From the NCBI GenBank assembly GCA_040755995.1, contig JBFMAF010000040.1, positions 64,001 through 128,000 on the forward strand: DNA of 64,000 nucleotides, in the 5' to 3' direction. This document shows positions 1 to 9,319 of this stretch, in pieces. The stretch comes from Acidobacteriota bacterium. Lineage in GTDB: Bacteria; Acidobacteriota; CAIWXX01. Position numbers and translations under genes: made by a program. A model generated the notes under the pieces. The model saw only the letters and a program-made list of their open reading frames with translations, was not told where the DNA came from and ran no database searches. Positions within the stretch are counted from its first letter, which is position 1. Each line of letters starts with the position of its first letter.

Positions 1-1109
1 GGTTCGAAGCCGTAGGCGCTGCGGACGCCGACAGGCACCCCCTTCTCGCTGCGACGGTCGACGCGTTCCCTGCCGACTCCCAGGACGGCCACCACCTCGC
101 CATCGCCGTACAGGGGCGAAGTCCCGAAAGACAACTTGACGGTGCGATCTCCCGTACCGAGCTCCAGATCGAACATCTGTTGCCGCCCGGCCAATGTTTC
201 CATGACCCTCTCGCGAAAAAGCTCCCGGTCAGGCTGGGCCACGAATTCAACTAGCGGATGTCCGAACCATTCCGGCCGCGGCGTGCCGGTGAGCTCTTCG
301 GCTCGCCGATTCAACAAACGGCACCGAAGGGCCGGATCGACAATCCAGACGACTTCGCCGGATGTCTCCGCCCATGCTCTGAACTGCTGGTTCGCGTGCT
401 CGAGCTCATGACGCAGAGCTCCGTTTCGAATCACCGTGGCTACCAGCGACCCGAAGCCGGTGGCGACCAGGACGTCTTCAGCGCTGAATGACTGAGGGCG
501 ACTGTAGAAGAGAACACCGAACCCCGCGACGCGCCCCTCGGTCAGAAGCGGCACAAAGAGGAGCGCCCGGTGCAGCTCCGCCTCGAGCATCTCGCGCATC
601 CCCTTCAGACGCTCGTCATGCCTGCATTCCGGCACAGTCACCACATCGTGACGGACTGTATGAAAAAGACCCGATCGCTGCGCGTAGGACTCCTTCATCG
701 CCTCCGTCAGCTCGTTGGAAACCCCGCGCGAATGAAGAACCCCGAACTCCTCGGTCGTGTCGTAGAGGGCACAAGCCTGATTCCTCAGCACCCGGCTCCC
801 GATCCGATCAATCGAGGCCAAGAGCCCCGTGAATGGCTGGGCGAGAGTGACGTCCGTCGCAGCATGAAAAAGAGTGTGCATGCGCGCCAGGGAATCCGCG
901 AGCTCCGTCCCGTGAGTCGTGACCGGCGACTGCGAATGGCGGCCATGCATGAGGTACAACCGCAGTCCGCCCCCGATCAGCAGAGCGCCGCCCACGATCA
1001 GCACCTTCTCAAGGATGCCTTCCAAGGCAAGCGCGGCTCCCAGCAGCAGACCCACCCCGGCGGCCACCAGCCACTTCCGAAGGGCCGTGTTCTTCAGACG
1101 GTCGTGCAT
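1..1109 (-). CDS. Membrane-anchored GAF + PAS signalling protein, 3' end runs off the window (partial)
   Basis: Not in the ORF track because it has no stop in the window. Manual translation from ATG 1109 is open to position 3: MHDRLKNTALRKWLVAAGVGLLLGAALALEGILEKVLIVGGALLIGGG (two TM helices), then GAF-like RALLFVPLLTEGRVAGFGVLFYSRPQSFSAEDV, then PAS-like VVWIVDPALRCRLLNRRAEELTGTPRPEWFG. The output domain is not visible. Confidence 0.8.
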   Translation of the reverse strand, partial: MHDRLKNTALRKWLVAAGVGLLLGAALALEGILEKVLIVGGALLIGGGLRLYLMHGRHSQSPVTTHGTELADSLARMHTLFHAATDVTLAQPFTGLLASIDRIGSRVLRNQACALYDTTEEFGVLHSRGVSNELTEAMKESYAQRSGLFHTVRHDVVTVPECRHDERLKGMREMLEAELHRALLFVPLLTEGRVAGFGVLFYSRPQSFSAEDVLVATGFGSLVATVIRNGALRHELEHANQQFRAWAETSGEVVWIVDPALRCRLLNRRAEELTGTPRPEWFGHPLVEFVAQPDRELFRERVMETLAGRQQMFDLELGTGDRTVKLSFGTSPLYGDGEVVAVLGVGRERVDRRSEKGVPVGVRSAYGFE

Positions 1110-1221
1110 GGGGTCACTCACTCCCGTGGCTCACGATCGCTCGCATTACCCCCACCTCGGGACCTCGCCGGCAGACGGGATGACCACTACAAGTGCAGAG
1201 GGGTCCTGTCCGAGCTCGTTG

Positions 1222-1280
1222 CCGTCGTCGTAGTCGTAGACATCGCCGTAGGCGTGCGCGTGGAAGAACACGGTACGCAC
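1222..1280. repeat. Degenerate hexamer array (cgtcgt/cgtagt/cgtaga/cgtagg/cgtgcg/cgtgga)
   Basis: Period-6 CGTnnn pattern in the gap between two minus-strand genes; same style as the arrays near 45890 and 55420. Confidence 0.5.
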
Positions 1281-1308
1281 GCCGCTCAACACCGCAGCGC
1301 TCAGTACG

Positions 1309-4300
1309 CTATGCCTTCGCCGGCGCATCCAGCACCTCCCTCACTTTCCGCACCAGCGCCTCCGGCGTGAACGGCTTCTGGAGAAACGCGATCCCTTCGG
1401 CCAGAACCCCGTGGTGAGTGATCTGATCATCCGTGTATCCCGAGACGAACAAGACGCGGGTGCCTGGGCGAAGCGACGCCACTCGCTTCGCCAGCTCCGG
1501 GCCGTCAATGCCCGGCATCACGACGTCGGTCACGACGATGTGGATCGGCCCCCGGTGCGTTTCGCACGTTGCCATCGCCTGGGCGCCATGCGGCGCGAGG
1601 AGCACGGTGAAACCGCTCAGCTCCAGCGCCTCCCGGGCGACCTGTCGAACCACATCGTCGTCCTCGACGACCAGAACCACCTCGCGACCATGCGCGGTGG
1701 CTGGTTCCCCTGCGGGCTGCACCTCGACGGTTCGCCCTTTTTCAACCATCGGCAGACAGACCTCGATCGTGGTCCCCATGCCGACCTCGCTGAGCACCTG
1801 GATCGAGCCCTTGCTCTGGCTGACGATGCCGTAGACGGTCGACAGCCCCAAGCCGGTGCCCTTCTGTTTCGTTGTGAAGAAGGGTTCGAACAGGTGGGCC
1901 TTGACCTCTGGGGTAATGCCGCATCCCGTGTCGCTGACGGCGAGCTTGACTTCGGGCGGGCAATCGACCGCCACCTGGATGTTGCAGGTGGCAATGGAGA
2001 CGGTCCCGCCTCCTGGCATGGCATCCCGGGCGTTGACGGCAAGGTTCAGGATGACCTGCTCTACCTGGCCGGGATCCGCTTCGATCAACCCCACGGTTGG
2101 GTCGAGCTTCGTGACGAGCAGGACGTCTTCGCCCATGAGTCGCTTCAGCATCCGTTCCATGTCCGTGACGATGGAGTTGATATCGAGAACCTTAGGCTGC
2201 AGGATCTGGCGGCGGCTGAAGGCAAGCAGCTGGCGCGTCAGGTTCGTCGCCCGCTCCGCCGCCCTCTTGATCTCACCCACGTTTCGCCGCACCGGCTCGC
2301 CCTCGCGGAGTCGCATGAGGCTCAGGTCGGAGTAGCCGATGATCCCCGTCAGGATGTTGTTGAAATCGTGAGCCACGCCGCCGGCCAGTCTTCCGAGCGC
2401 CTCCATCTTCAGCGATTGACGGAGCTGATCTTCGAGGGACTTGCGATGCGTGATGTCTTCCACAATCCCCTGGTAGCAGAGCACCTCCTTGTCAGCGCCG
2501 AGGACGGCTCGGGCGTTGTCACGCACGGCAATCGAGCTACCGTCGCTGCGCGCCCACACCGTCTCCATCTCCCGGACCTCCCCTTCAGTCTCCATGAGCC
2601 GTGCGTAGGCACCGTCGCGCGACGCCGGCCCGAACCCGATCTTCGCGAGGTCAACCGCAGCAAGCTCCTCGAACGACGAACACCCCAGCATCGAGATCAG
2701 GGTGGGGTTGGCCATCACAACACGGCCGTCGCGGGTCGTGCGGTAGATACCCACGGGAGCGTCCTCGAAGAGCATTCGAAACCGCTTTTCGCTGTCTCTC
2801 AACGCCGCTTCTAGACGCCTGCGCCTTGTGAGCTCTTCGCTGAAACGCTCGTTGAGTCCCCTCATCTCTCGACTGAGCGCCCCAACCTTCGTCCTGAGTC
2901 CGTGTCTCTCTGCCTTCAGCATCCTCTCTGCGCGTCGATATTCTGTCACGTCGCGCGCAAAGAGCCGGAACGTCTCCGGCGTCGCCGTCCGCCGGATGCT
3001 CTCGAATCGCAGCACCCTGCTCGTCTCGTCGGGGGCGACGAGTCTGGTCAGCCCATCAGCGCGGCCGTGCTGCCGCAGGGCATCGAGGTAGGCCTGGAGC
3101 CGCCGTCGAGCAAGGCGAGGGAGGAACTCGTCGAGCTTGCGGCCGATGAGCTCGTCGGGGTTGCGGCGGCCTGCCATGGCAACCGCCGCGCGGTTGGCAT
3201 CCAGCAGCACACCCTCGACGTCGTGCGTGCACATGATCTCCGTGCAGCTCTCCACAAGTTCGATGTACTGTTCGCTGCTCTCCCGGGCGAGATGCTCCGC
3301 GTGCTTCTGTTCGCTGATGTCCTCGCACGAGCTCACCAGACCGAGCGGTCGCTGGGATGCATCCCTGATGACTCCTTTGATCAACCGGACAGGGAACACC
3401 TCGCCCCCGGCCCGGACATTGAGACTCTCGCGCTTTGGAGTCGTATCCCGGGCGATCTGGTCGAGCGGGATGTCCTTCCAGAGGTCGCGCGGCGCCATGG
3501 TGCGCGCCTCTCGACCGATGAGCTCCGAGGCCTTCAACCCGTGTATGGCCGCCTCGGCAGGATTCGTGTACTGGACCCGCCCGGAGGCGTCGGTGATCGT
3601 AAGGCCGAGAGGCATGGCATCGACTGCGCACCTCAGAAGCCTCAGATCCTCCTCGGCAGCCCGCAATGCCGTCACGTCGACGAAATGAAGTAGGTATCGG
3701 TACGGATTCCCTTCCTGTTCCTCGACAGGAGCGGCGTACACAAGCACATCGCGTGAGGTGCCGTCGCGCTGACCCACGGTGAGGAGCCGCGGCCGAGTGA
3801 CCTCGCGTCCGTCCCGCATGTCCGCCAGCATCTCCTCCATCGCCTCCCGCTGTTCAGGGATCATGCACCAGCGATGGATCAACGTTTTCAGGTCCGGGAG
3901 CTCTGTGGGCGTATGCCCGAGGCACGACGCCACGGTCGCGTTGTATTCCATGAAGGCACCGTCCCGCCCGGTCGACGCGACACCCAGCTGGCTCCGATCG
4001 AAGAGGGCCCGGAGCCGGCTCTGGCACTGCTGCCGTCCGGTCTGCGTGAGCTCCAAGGTCTCGATCAGCGAATTGACCTCGCCCGCGAGCGCGGCGAGGT
4101 GACTGGCCCGAGGTACCAGCCGGGTCGCGTAGTCCTTCTCTTCGCGCAGGAGGTTCAGGGTCTTGCTGAAATCGGACAAGGGGGCAAGCAGGAGGACCCG
4201 GACCAGGAGAAGCTCCACGACGCCGGCGCCGATAGCCGCTAGGGACAGGATCGAGAGGCCCGCAACGCTGTGCAGCAGTGCCGGGCGGACGGCAATGCCG

Positions 4301-4365
4301 AGGAGGAAAACCATTCCTGCCACCGCGCCGCCGAGCACTGCGATCGTAAGCTTCGAGATGTTCAT
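1309..4365 (-). CDS. Membrane-bound multi-PAS hybrid sensor histidine kinase / response regulator
   Basis: Two N-terminal TM segments, four PAS-like blocks, H-box LAGGVAHDFNNIL, N-box QVILNLAVNARDAM, G-boxes DTGCG and GTGLGL, C-terminal receiver (VLVVEDD...VTDVVMP...FLQKPF). Confidence 0.95.
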   Translation of the reverse strand: MNISKLTIAVLGGAVAGMVFLLGIAVRPALLHSVAGLSILSLAAIGAGVVELLLVRVLLLAPLSDFSKTLNLLREEKDYATRLVPRASHLAALAGEVNSLIETLELTQTGRQQCQSRLRALFDRSQLGVASTGRDGAFMEYNATVASCLGHTPTELPDLKTLIHRWCMIPEQREAMEEMLADMRDGREVTRPRLLTVGQRDGTSRDVLVYAAPVEEQEGNPYRYLLHFVDVTALRAAEEDLRLLRCAVDAMPLGLTITDASGRVQYTNPAEAAIHGLKASELIGREARTMAPRDLWKDIPLDQIARDTTPKRESLNVRAGGEVFPVRLIKGVIRDASQRPLGLVSSCEDISEQKHAEHLARESSEQYIELVESCTEIMCTHDVEGVLLDANRAAVAMAGRRNPDELIGRKLDEFLPRLARRRLQAYLDALRQHGRADGLTRLVAPDETSRVLRFESIRRTATPETFRLFARDVTEYRRAERMLKAERHGLRTKVGALSREMRGLNERFSEELTRRRRLEAALRDSEKRFRMLFEDAPVGIYRTTRDGRVVMANPTLISMLGCSSFEELAAVDLAKIGFGPASRDGAYARLMETEGEVREMETVWARSDGSSIAVRDNARAVLGADKEVLCYQGIVEDITHRKSLEDQLRQSLKMEALGRLAGGVAHDFNNILTGIIGYSDLSLMRLREGEPVRRNVGEIKRAAERATNLTRQLLAFSRRQILQPKVLDINSIVTDMERMLKRLMGEDVLLVTKLDPTVGLIEADPGQVEQVILNLAVNARDAMPGGGTVSIATCNIQVAVDCPPEVKLAVSDTGCGITPEVKAHLFEPFFTTKQKGTGLGLSTVYGIVSQSKGSIQVLSEVGMGTTIEVCLPMVEKGRTVEVQPAGEPATAHGREVVLVVEDDDVVRQVAREALELSGFTVLLAPHGAQAMATCETHRGPIHIVVTDVVMPGIDGPELAKRVASLRPGTRVLFVSGYTDDQITHHGVLAEGIAFLQKPFTPEALVRKVREVLDAPAKA

Positions 4366-5471
4366 TTCCGCTTGATCGGAGGCAGGCCCAACTTCTTTCT
4401 GACGATCTGGAGGCCGAGGAGAAGAGCCGGGTCGTCGGGTTTGATGAGTCCGGCCTCGTCCCAGTTCTTCATTGCGCCATGGTAGTCCTTCTCCTCGTAG
4501 CGGTCACACCCCGATTCGTACAGCATCCTGAATCGTTCGTTCCGCGATTCGATATCTTTCATCCGTCTGACCACCGGCGCGCTGGTGCGCTCGCGGATTT
4601 CCCCCTCGATCGTGCGGTGTTGCGTTTCGATGAGGGCGTCGAGCTGCTGTCGGGCCGCGCCGTCCGGCGGCAGGCTCTCTCGCTTCAAGATGATCTTGCC
4701 TGCTACCGCGACAATCGTCACGATACGGTCCCTGGGCAAGGACGTCATCTCGGTCTGGAGCTGGAACTGGCGCGCCTCGACTCGAACCGCCGAAAGGCGC
4801 CCGACCGGCTTCTCGCGCCCGGGAGACATGGTGGAGAGGGGCATCGTGGCCTTCTCGATGTCCCGGAAATCGAGCGGGTTGACGTGGAGGACGCAGGTGC
4901 CTTTGCGCAGATCGTAGAGCCCTGCCATGAACTCGACGATCTCGCCCGCATCCGGCGGCACGACCTCGCCGCCCCGCAGCTGAACCCGCGCGTGACGTGA
5001 CTCGGCGGACACCACCACCTCTCCTGTGATGGACCTGTCGGCGCAGAATCTCAAGAGTCTCGGAAGAGAGATCAGGGAAAGATCTCCGTAGAATGTCGGC
5101 GCCGTGTAGCGGGTCTTCCTCAGCAGAACGGCGCGCAGTTCGGCCCGTAGTGTGTCCATGTGGAGCGGCTTGCTAAGGAATCCCTCTGCACCTAGGTCCA
5201 GTGCTTGCACTCTGACTTCCGGATCGTCCGAGGCGCTCAAGAGTACGAAGGGGGTGCAGCGATGCGGGTACCGCCGGCCGTACTCCTGCAGCAACTGAGA
5301 TCCGCTCATGCCGGGCAAGTCCGCGTCAACCAGAATGAGATCCGGTTCGTGCTCCGATGCCCTCAGCGCTTCCTCGGCGCTCTTCAGGCAGGTGTGCGAG
5401 TAGCCGTCGGTTGTCAAGGATGCCGAGACCTCCTCGAGGACCTTGGGATCATCATCGACGACGAGGATCAC
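4362..5471 (-). CDS. Response regulator: receiver + DUF4388-like domain + C-terminal TPR-like helices
   Basis: REC (ILVVDDD...DLILVDADLP...FLSKP), then FYGDLSLISLPRLLRFCADRSITGEVVV (DUF4388-like). Start moved to GTG 5471, which follows the RBS AGGAGGT. The stop overlaps the kinase ATG. Confidence 0.8.
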   Translation of the reverse strand: MILVVDDDPKVLEEVSASLTTDGYSHTCLKSAEEALRASEHEPDLILVDADLPGMSGSQLLQEYGRRYPHRCTPFVLLSASDDPEVRVQALDLGAEGFLSKPLHMDTLRAELRAVLLRKTRYTAPTFYGDLSLISLPRLLRFCADRSITGEVVVSAESRHARVQLRGGEVVPPDAGEIVEFMAGLYDLRKGTCVLHVNPLDFRDIEKATMPLSTMSPGREKPVGRLSAVRVEARQFQLQTEMTSLPRDRIVTIVAVAGKIILKRESLPPDGAARQQLDALIETQHRTIEGEIRERTSAPVVRRMKDIESRNERFRMLYESGCDRYEEKDYHGAMKNWDEAGLIKPDDPALLLGLQIVRKKLGLPPIKRK

Positions 5472-5684
5472 ACTCGACTGACCTCCTCTTGAGTCAGGGA
5501 CGACCGGAATCCCGCCGCAGCGTCTTTGCATCCACGGTCACGATCAACGGCCACCTGTGTCCGAGGCCTGTCATTCATATCAACGCGGTCCAGGATTGCA
5601 GCGGAATCGGGGGACGAACCGCGATTCGGACTCATCGGCCCACCGACATGCTCTCCCAAAAGTCGCATCCGCTCGAAGCCCGGC

Positions 5685-7154
5685 TCACTCGATAGAGCTT
5701 GAATCTGGCAGAAGTGGATTTCGCAGCGCGCCCTCGACCATGCTCTGGAGAGGCCCGTGACCACGGGAAGTGGGGTCCAGCAGGAGCCTGGGCTGGAGCC
5801 GCGACCGCGATTCATACAGGTCGATTGTTTCAGGGACGTCGGGCGGGTGTCCGTCGGCGCCGCGCACTATGCGGACTACCGGCCATGCGAACCGTTCGCG
5901 GTCCCGGCCGCCGGAGACGCTGACGGCCCACCTGCCGTCCGAAAGCTCCATGAGTGAGCCGGGGGGGAAGCGGCCCAGCAATTGAACGAAGAGGGCGACC
6001 AGATCGCGGTCATACATGACCCCTCGCGCAGCCCACATGAACCCGAGAGCCAGGGCGGGCGACATCGCCGGGGCGCCGCCGGGAAACGAGGCCGTGAGGG
6101 CGTCATAGTCATCAACGACGTGCACGATGCGGGCGAACAGCGATGGTGCCGCATCGCCTGCGGCGCCGTCCTCCGCGGACTCCCGGTACGGGAGATGATG
6201 TTCCAGCACAACCAGGAGACGACGGATTTTGGCCTCGTGAAAACCACGCTGCCGCATGAGGATCCGGGCGCCGGCGGCCGCGTGACCTGTCCAGTCGGGA
6301 CGCTTGACGGCGCCGATGTCATGCAGCATGGCGGCCACGCCCAGATCACTCAGGGCCGCATCGGGCAGCCCGAGAGCCTGACCGAGGAGCATCGCCAGAC
6401 CTGAGACTGAGATCAGGTGCTGCGGGCCGGCCAACCCGGCAGATCTCCGCGCCGGGGACGCAAGGCCTTCGGCTGGGTTCTCGCGCAGAGCCTCCAACAA
6501 CTCGAGCGCCGACCGTCTGACGGGCAGCGGGTTGGGCATCCGGCCTGCGGAAAGAATCCGTATCTGTTGCTTGATGACCGCGTCACATTGACCGAACACC
6601 GAGGCCAGCTCCCTCCTCCGCCTCTCCACCTCGCCGGCGATCCTGAAGCTGTAGGGCCCGGTTACCTCGACACCGGTGAGCGAGGCCAGCTGAGAACGGA
6701 TGCTCCGGCGAGGATGGCCGGAGCTTGCCGGGGGACGCGCAAACGTCATGGCCAGCTGCTTCATCTGGTCCGGACGCAGTGCGTCGTGCAGTGAGAGTCC
6801 TCCGACCTTGTGCGCTGCAAGCGTGACAATGAAGCCTTCGGCCGCCGCCTGTTCCGTCGGTCCCAATCGGAGGCGGATATCGTTGATGTAGATCTGGTCC
6901 TCGACGCAGACGACGTGGACGGCGCCGAGCAGCTCCAGGAGGCCGCTCAGGGCCCCGGCGGCATCATTCGACGGGCCGGTGTAGGCAGAATTCTCGGGAT
7001 CGTAGAGCCGGCTGATCCTTATTAGCCCACCCAACAGGAACACGAGACGCCGGCCCTCCTCACGGACCTTCGCGGCCATTTCCCGGTCGTCGGACAGGGC
7101 GGCGCGAGCCAATGCCTTCTCGAGCCCTGCGACCATGGCCGAGATGGTGCTCAC
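5685..7154 (-). CDS. HD-GYP-like protein with degenerate GYP motif
   Basis: AAMLHDIG, EHH, ARIVHVVDDYDALT and the tail LGRFPPGSLMELSDG are typical of HD-GYP family proteins. Start GTG 7154 overlaps the upstream TGA (GTGA coupling). Confidence 0.8.
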   Translation of the reverse strand: MSTISAMVAGLEKALARAALSDDREMAAKVREEGRRLVFLLGGLIRISRLYDPENSAYTGPSNDAAGALSGLLELLGAVHVVCVEDQIYINDIRLRLGPTEQAAAEGFIVTLAAHKVGGLSLHDALRPDQMKQLAMTFARPPASSGHPRRSIRSQLASLTGVEVTGPYSFRIAGEVERRRRELASVFGQCDAVIKQQIRILSAGRMPNPLPVRRSALELLEALRENPAEGLASPARRSAGLAGPQHLISVSGLAMLLGQALGLPDAALSDLGVAAMLHDIGAVKRPDWTGHAAAGARILMRQRGFHEAKIRRLLVVLEHHLPYRESAEDGAAGDAAPSLFARIVHVVDDYDALTASFPGGAPAMSPALALGFMWAARGVMYDRDLVALFVQLLGRFPPGSLMELSDGRWAVSVSGGRDRERFAWPVVRIVRGADGHPPDVPETIDLYESRSRLQPRLLLDPTSRGHGPLQSMVEGALRNPLLPDSSSIE

Positions 7155-9019
7155 GAACGTGTCCTCCTCGAAGCAGCCTCGCACCTCTCCACCGCCCGCC
7201 GAACCCAATCCTCCGCCGGTGTTCCCTTGGCACAGGCCGCTGCATCCTGCAGAATCACGAGGGCCTCTTCGTTGCGAATCTCGCTGAGCGCCCCGGCTGC
7301 TGCGACCTGACACGAGATCGGACCTCGCAGTGACTTGCGCATCCAGCCGGTGGCAGTCAGCAAGGCCCTCCAGAGCGGGATAGTGGATGCGCCTCCGAGC
7401 CGTCCCATCACCCGCCCGAATTCCTCCGCATCTGCCGGAGCGATGGCATCTCCCTGCTGCTCGATGTGTCGGGCCATCCGATCGACAAACCGCGGATCCT
7501 TGCTCGCCAGAATCAGTCTGAAGACCCTGAGACGGCGCGCCGGATCGAGTTGGCAGACGGCCTCGAACAGGTGGCGGCCGACGGCACCCGAGTAGGGCAT
7601 CTTCTCCAGATGCCACAGCGCCTCATCCTGGACACCCGGGTCGCGGTGCCAGGACTGCTGGGCGATGAAGGTGGCCGAGTTGTCGAGGTCGACATGCGCG
7701 ATGACGCGAAGGAGGTCGCAGGCCATGGTCCCCGACAGGGTCGCGAATCGCTCGCGCAGTTCCTCCACCCTGTCTCGCCCGAAGTTTTCCAGCAACTGCC
7801 GCGCGAACGCGCGTGCCGCTGGACTCCGCTCCTCCATGAAGGTCTCCAGCACCGCCTCCAACGGATCGTCGCAGAGACGCTCCACCAGCCGGATCAGCTC
7901 CCGTGGCACCACCCGGTTTCCAACCGCCGTCGTGTGCAGGAGCTTCCGAATGGCACGTCTGTCCCGGCATCCGCTGAGGACTTGACGCACTGCATCGTGC
8001 CGCCAGGGGTCCCACGGTGGAGGTGGATTGGTGGCCAGCGCATCCAACATGTCGATCAGCTTCTCAAGATGAGGGAGCTGCTCGCCGGTCAGCAGGAAAT
8101 CACGGACTTCTTCGAACAGGTGCGCAACTTCCGTGAAACGCCAGGCGCAATCGGGGTCAGCCAACAACTTGCCGGTGTGCTTGAGGAGCGCATTGCATGA
8201 GGCGGGAAGCCCATGGTCCGAGGCTTCCTCCCTTATCTCCTGGAGCCGCTCAGGAGATACGATCTCCCATGCTGGAGTCTCATAGGAGCGGAAGAAGGGC
8301 GGCACCAGGTCCGTCATTGTGAAGAGCTCCTCCGGCGTGTCCCCACCGCAGCCCGCCGACTTGTTGGAGGAGCCATCCTCCATCAAAGCCTCATCGTCAT
8401 CCGATATCCCATCTTCGCACGAGGTGAAGCCCTCGACCGCCGTCACATCCAGGTGCTGGAAATTGGCCTTCCAGAGCAAAGTGACCACATCGTCCTCGCA
8501 CTGGTGGATCCCCGTATAGCGGATGGAGAGAATTTGGAGAAGTTGCAGGAGCTCCTCCCAATCGAACCCGGGCTGGACGGTCAGGTATCTGACGCCGTCC
8601 CGGTAGAGGCGGAACGCCAGGCTGCGTTCCCGATCCCTGTTCAGATACACCACCTCACCTTCGAAGCTCATCTCGAACGGCTGTACGCGGATCCGCAACT
8701 CGCCGGCGGTATCGAGTGCTCTCGAGAAGCTATCGAGGAGTGTCGTCAGGAACTGGCGGATGGCATCGTTTCGAGGATCGTACAGAATGAAAGAGCGCGC
8801 GGTCTTGGCGAGTTCCGTCAGCAGGGCAGAGACGGCACGGTGCCTCGCACTGGCCAGTGGCCGGGTCTCTTCGGCCTCGAAGCCACCCTCCGCAGGCACC
8901 GGCGCTGATTCCTGGCCCGCCGCCTGCGGCCGCATCGCAGTGCCGGGCGCACTGCCCCCCGCTACTCCCGTCGCCTCACTCTGTGAACGGGGATCCCGCC
9001 CGGTCGACGATGTGAACAT
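7151..9019 (-). CDS. HEAT-repeat-containing protein, translationally coupled to the HD-domain gene
   Basis: Helical C-terminal repeats (HRDPGVQDEALWHLEK, QVAAAGALSEIRNEEALVIL); N-terminal domain ARSFILYDPRN...LAFRLYRDGVR. Confidence 0.7.
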   Translation of the reverse strand: MFTSSTGRDPRSQSEATGVAGGSAPGTAMRPQAAGQESAPVPAEGGFEAEETRPLASARHRAVSALLTELAKTARSFILYDPRNDAIRQFLTTLLDSFSRALDTAGELRIRVQPFEMSFEGEVVYLNRDRERSLAFRLYRDGVRYLTVQPGFDWEELLQLLQILSIRYTGIHQCEDDVVTLLWKANFQHLDVTAVEGFTSCEDGISDDDEALMEDGSSNKSAGCGGDTPEELFTMTDLVPPFFRSYETPAWEIVSPERLQEIREEASDHGLPASCNALLKHTGKLLADPDCAWRFTEVAHLFEEVRDFLLTGEQLPHLEKLIDMLDALATNPPPPWDPWRHDAVRQVLSGCRDRRAIRKLLHTTAVGNRVVPRELIRLVERLCDDPLEAVLETFMEERSPAARAFARQLLENFGRDRVEELRERFATLSGTMACDLLRVIAHVDLDNSATFIAQQSWHRDPGVQDEALWHLEKMPYSGAVGRHLFEAVCQLDPARRLRVFRLILASKDPRFVDRMARHIEQQGDAIAPADAEEFGRVMGRLGGASTIPLWRALLTATGWMRKSLRGPISCQVAAAGALSEIRNEEALVILQDAAACAKGTPAEDWVRRAVERCEAASRRTRS

Positions 9020-9319
9020 GCTGACACTTGTGATTTACAGCGCTTCCGGCTCTCGAGTGCGTCACCTCAAGATGGTGCGGCCGCCCCCCTTGACCGCGAG
9101 GAAGATACCAGCCCTTTCCCGACCGGCGCGGGGCGCAGACAACGAACCCGACCTCATCTTCAGCTCCCTCGGCCTATCTCCTGTACGTGAACAACGGCAT
9201 CCCATGGCCAGCCGCTCGCAGACCGGAAAAGGCATCAATCTCCCTTATTCTAACTCGCCTCGGCCCGGAATTCCACCTCAAACGGGAGCCTCGGAGCCTC
9301 ACGAGAATGCGGCCATGGC

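Noticed and set aside
1146..1328. 60-aa minus-strand ORF (MRRRRHSV...GDVYDYDDGNE) as a small protein or RiPP precursor
   Set aside because: Its HAHAY/DVYDYDD pattern is the translation of a hexamer repeat array, it overlaps the kinase stop, and it has no independent RBS.
1411..2814. Long antisense ORFs (also 23316-24704, 42550-43554, 59361-60374 and similar)
   Set aside because: They are shadow or alternative frames of well-supported genes, expected at high GC, with no family motifs.
7155..7616. N-terminal extension of the HD-domain ORF
   Set aside because: It overlaps the HEAT gene in another frame. GTG 7154, coupled to the upstream stop, is the better start.
9062..9235. 57-aa minus-strand ORF (MPFPVCERLAMGCRCSRTG...) downstream of the radical SAM gene as a precursor peptide
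   Set aside because: It has a GGGAG upstream, but the composition is Arg/Gly-rich like non-coding GC-rich DNA and no leader/core structure is recognisable. It cannot be supported without homologs.
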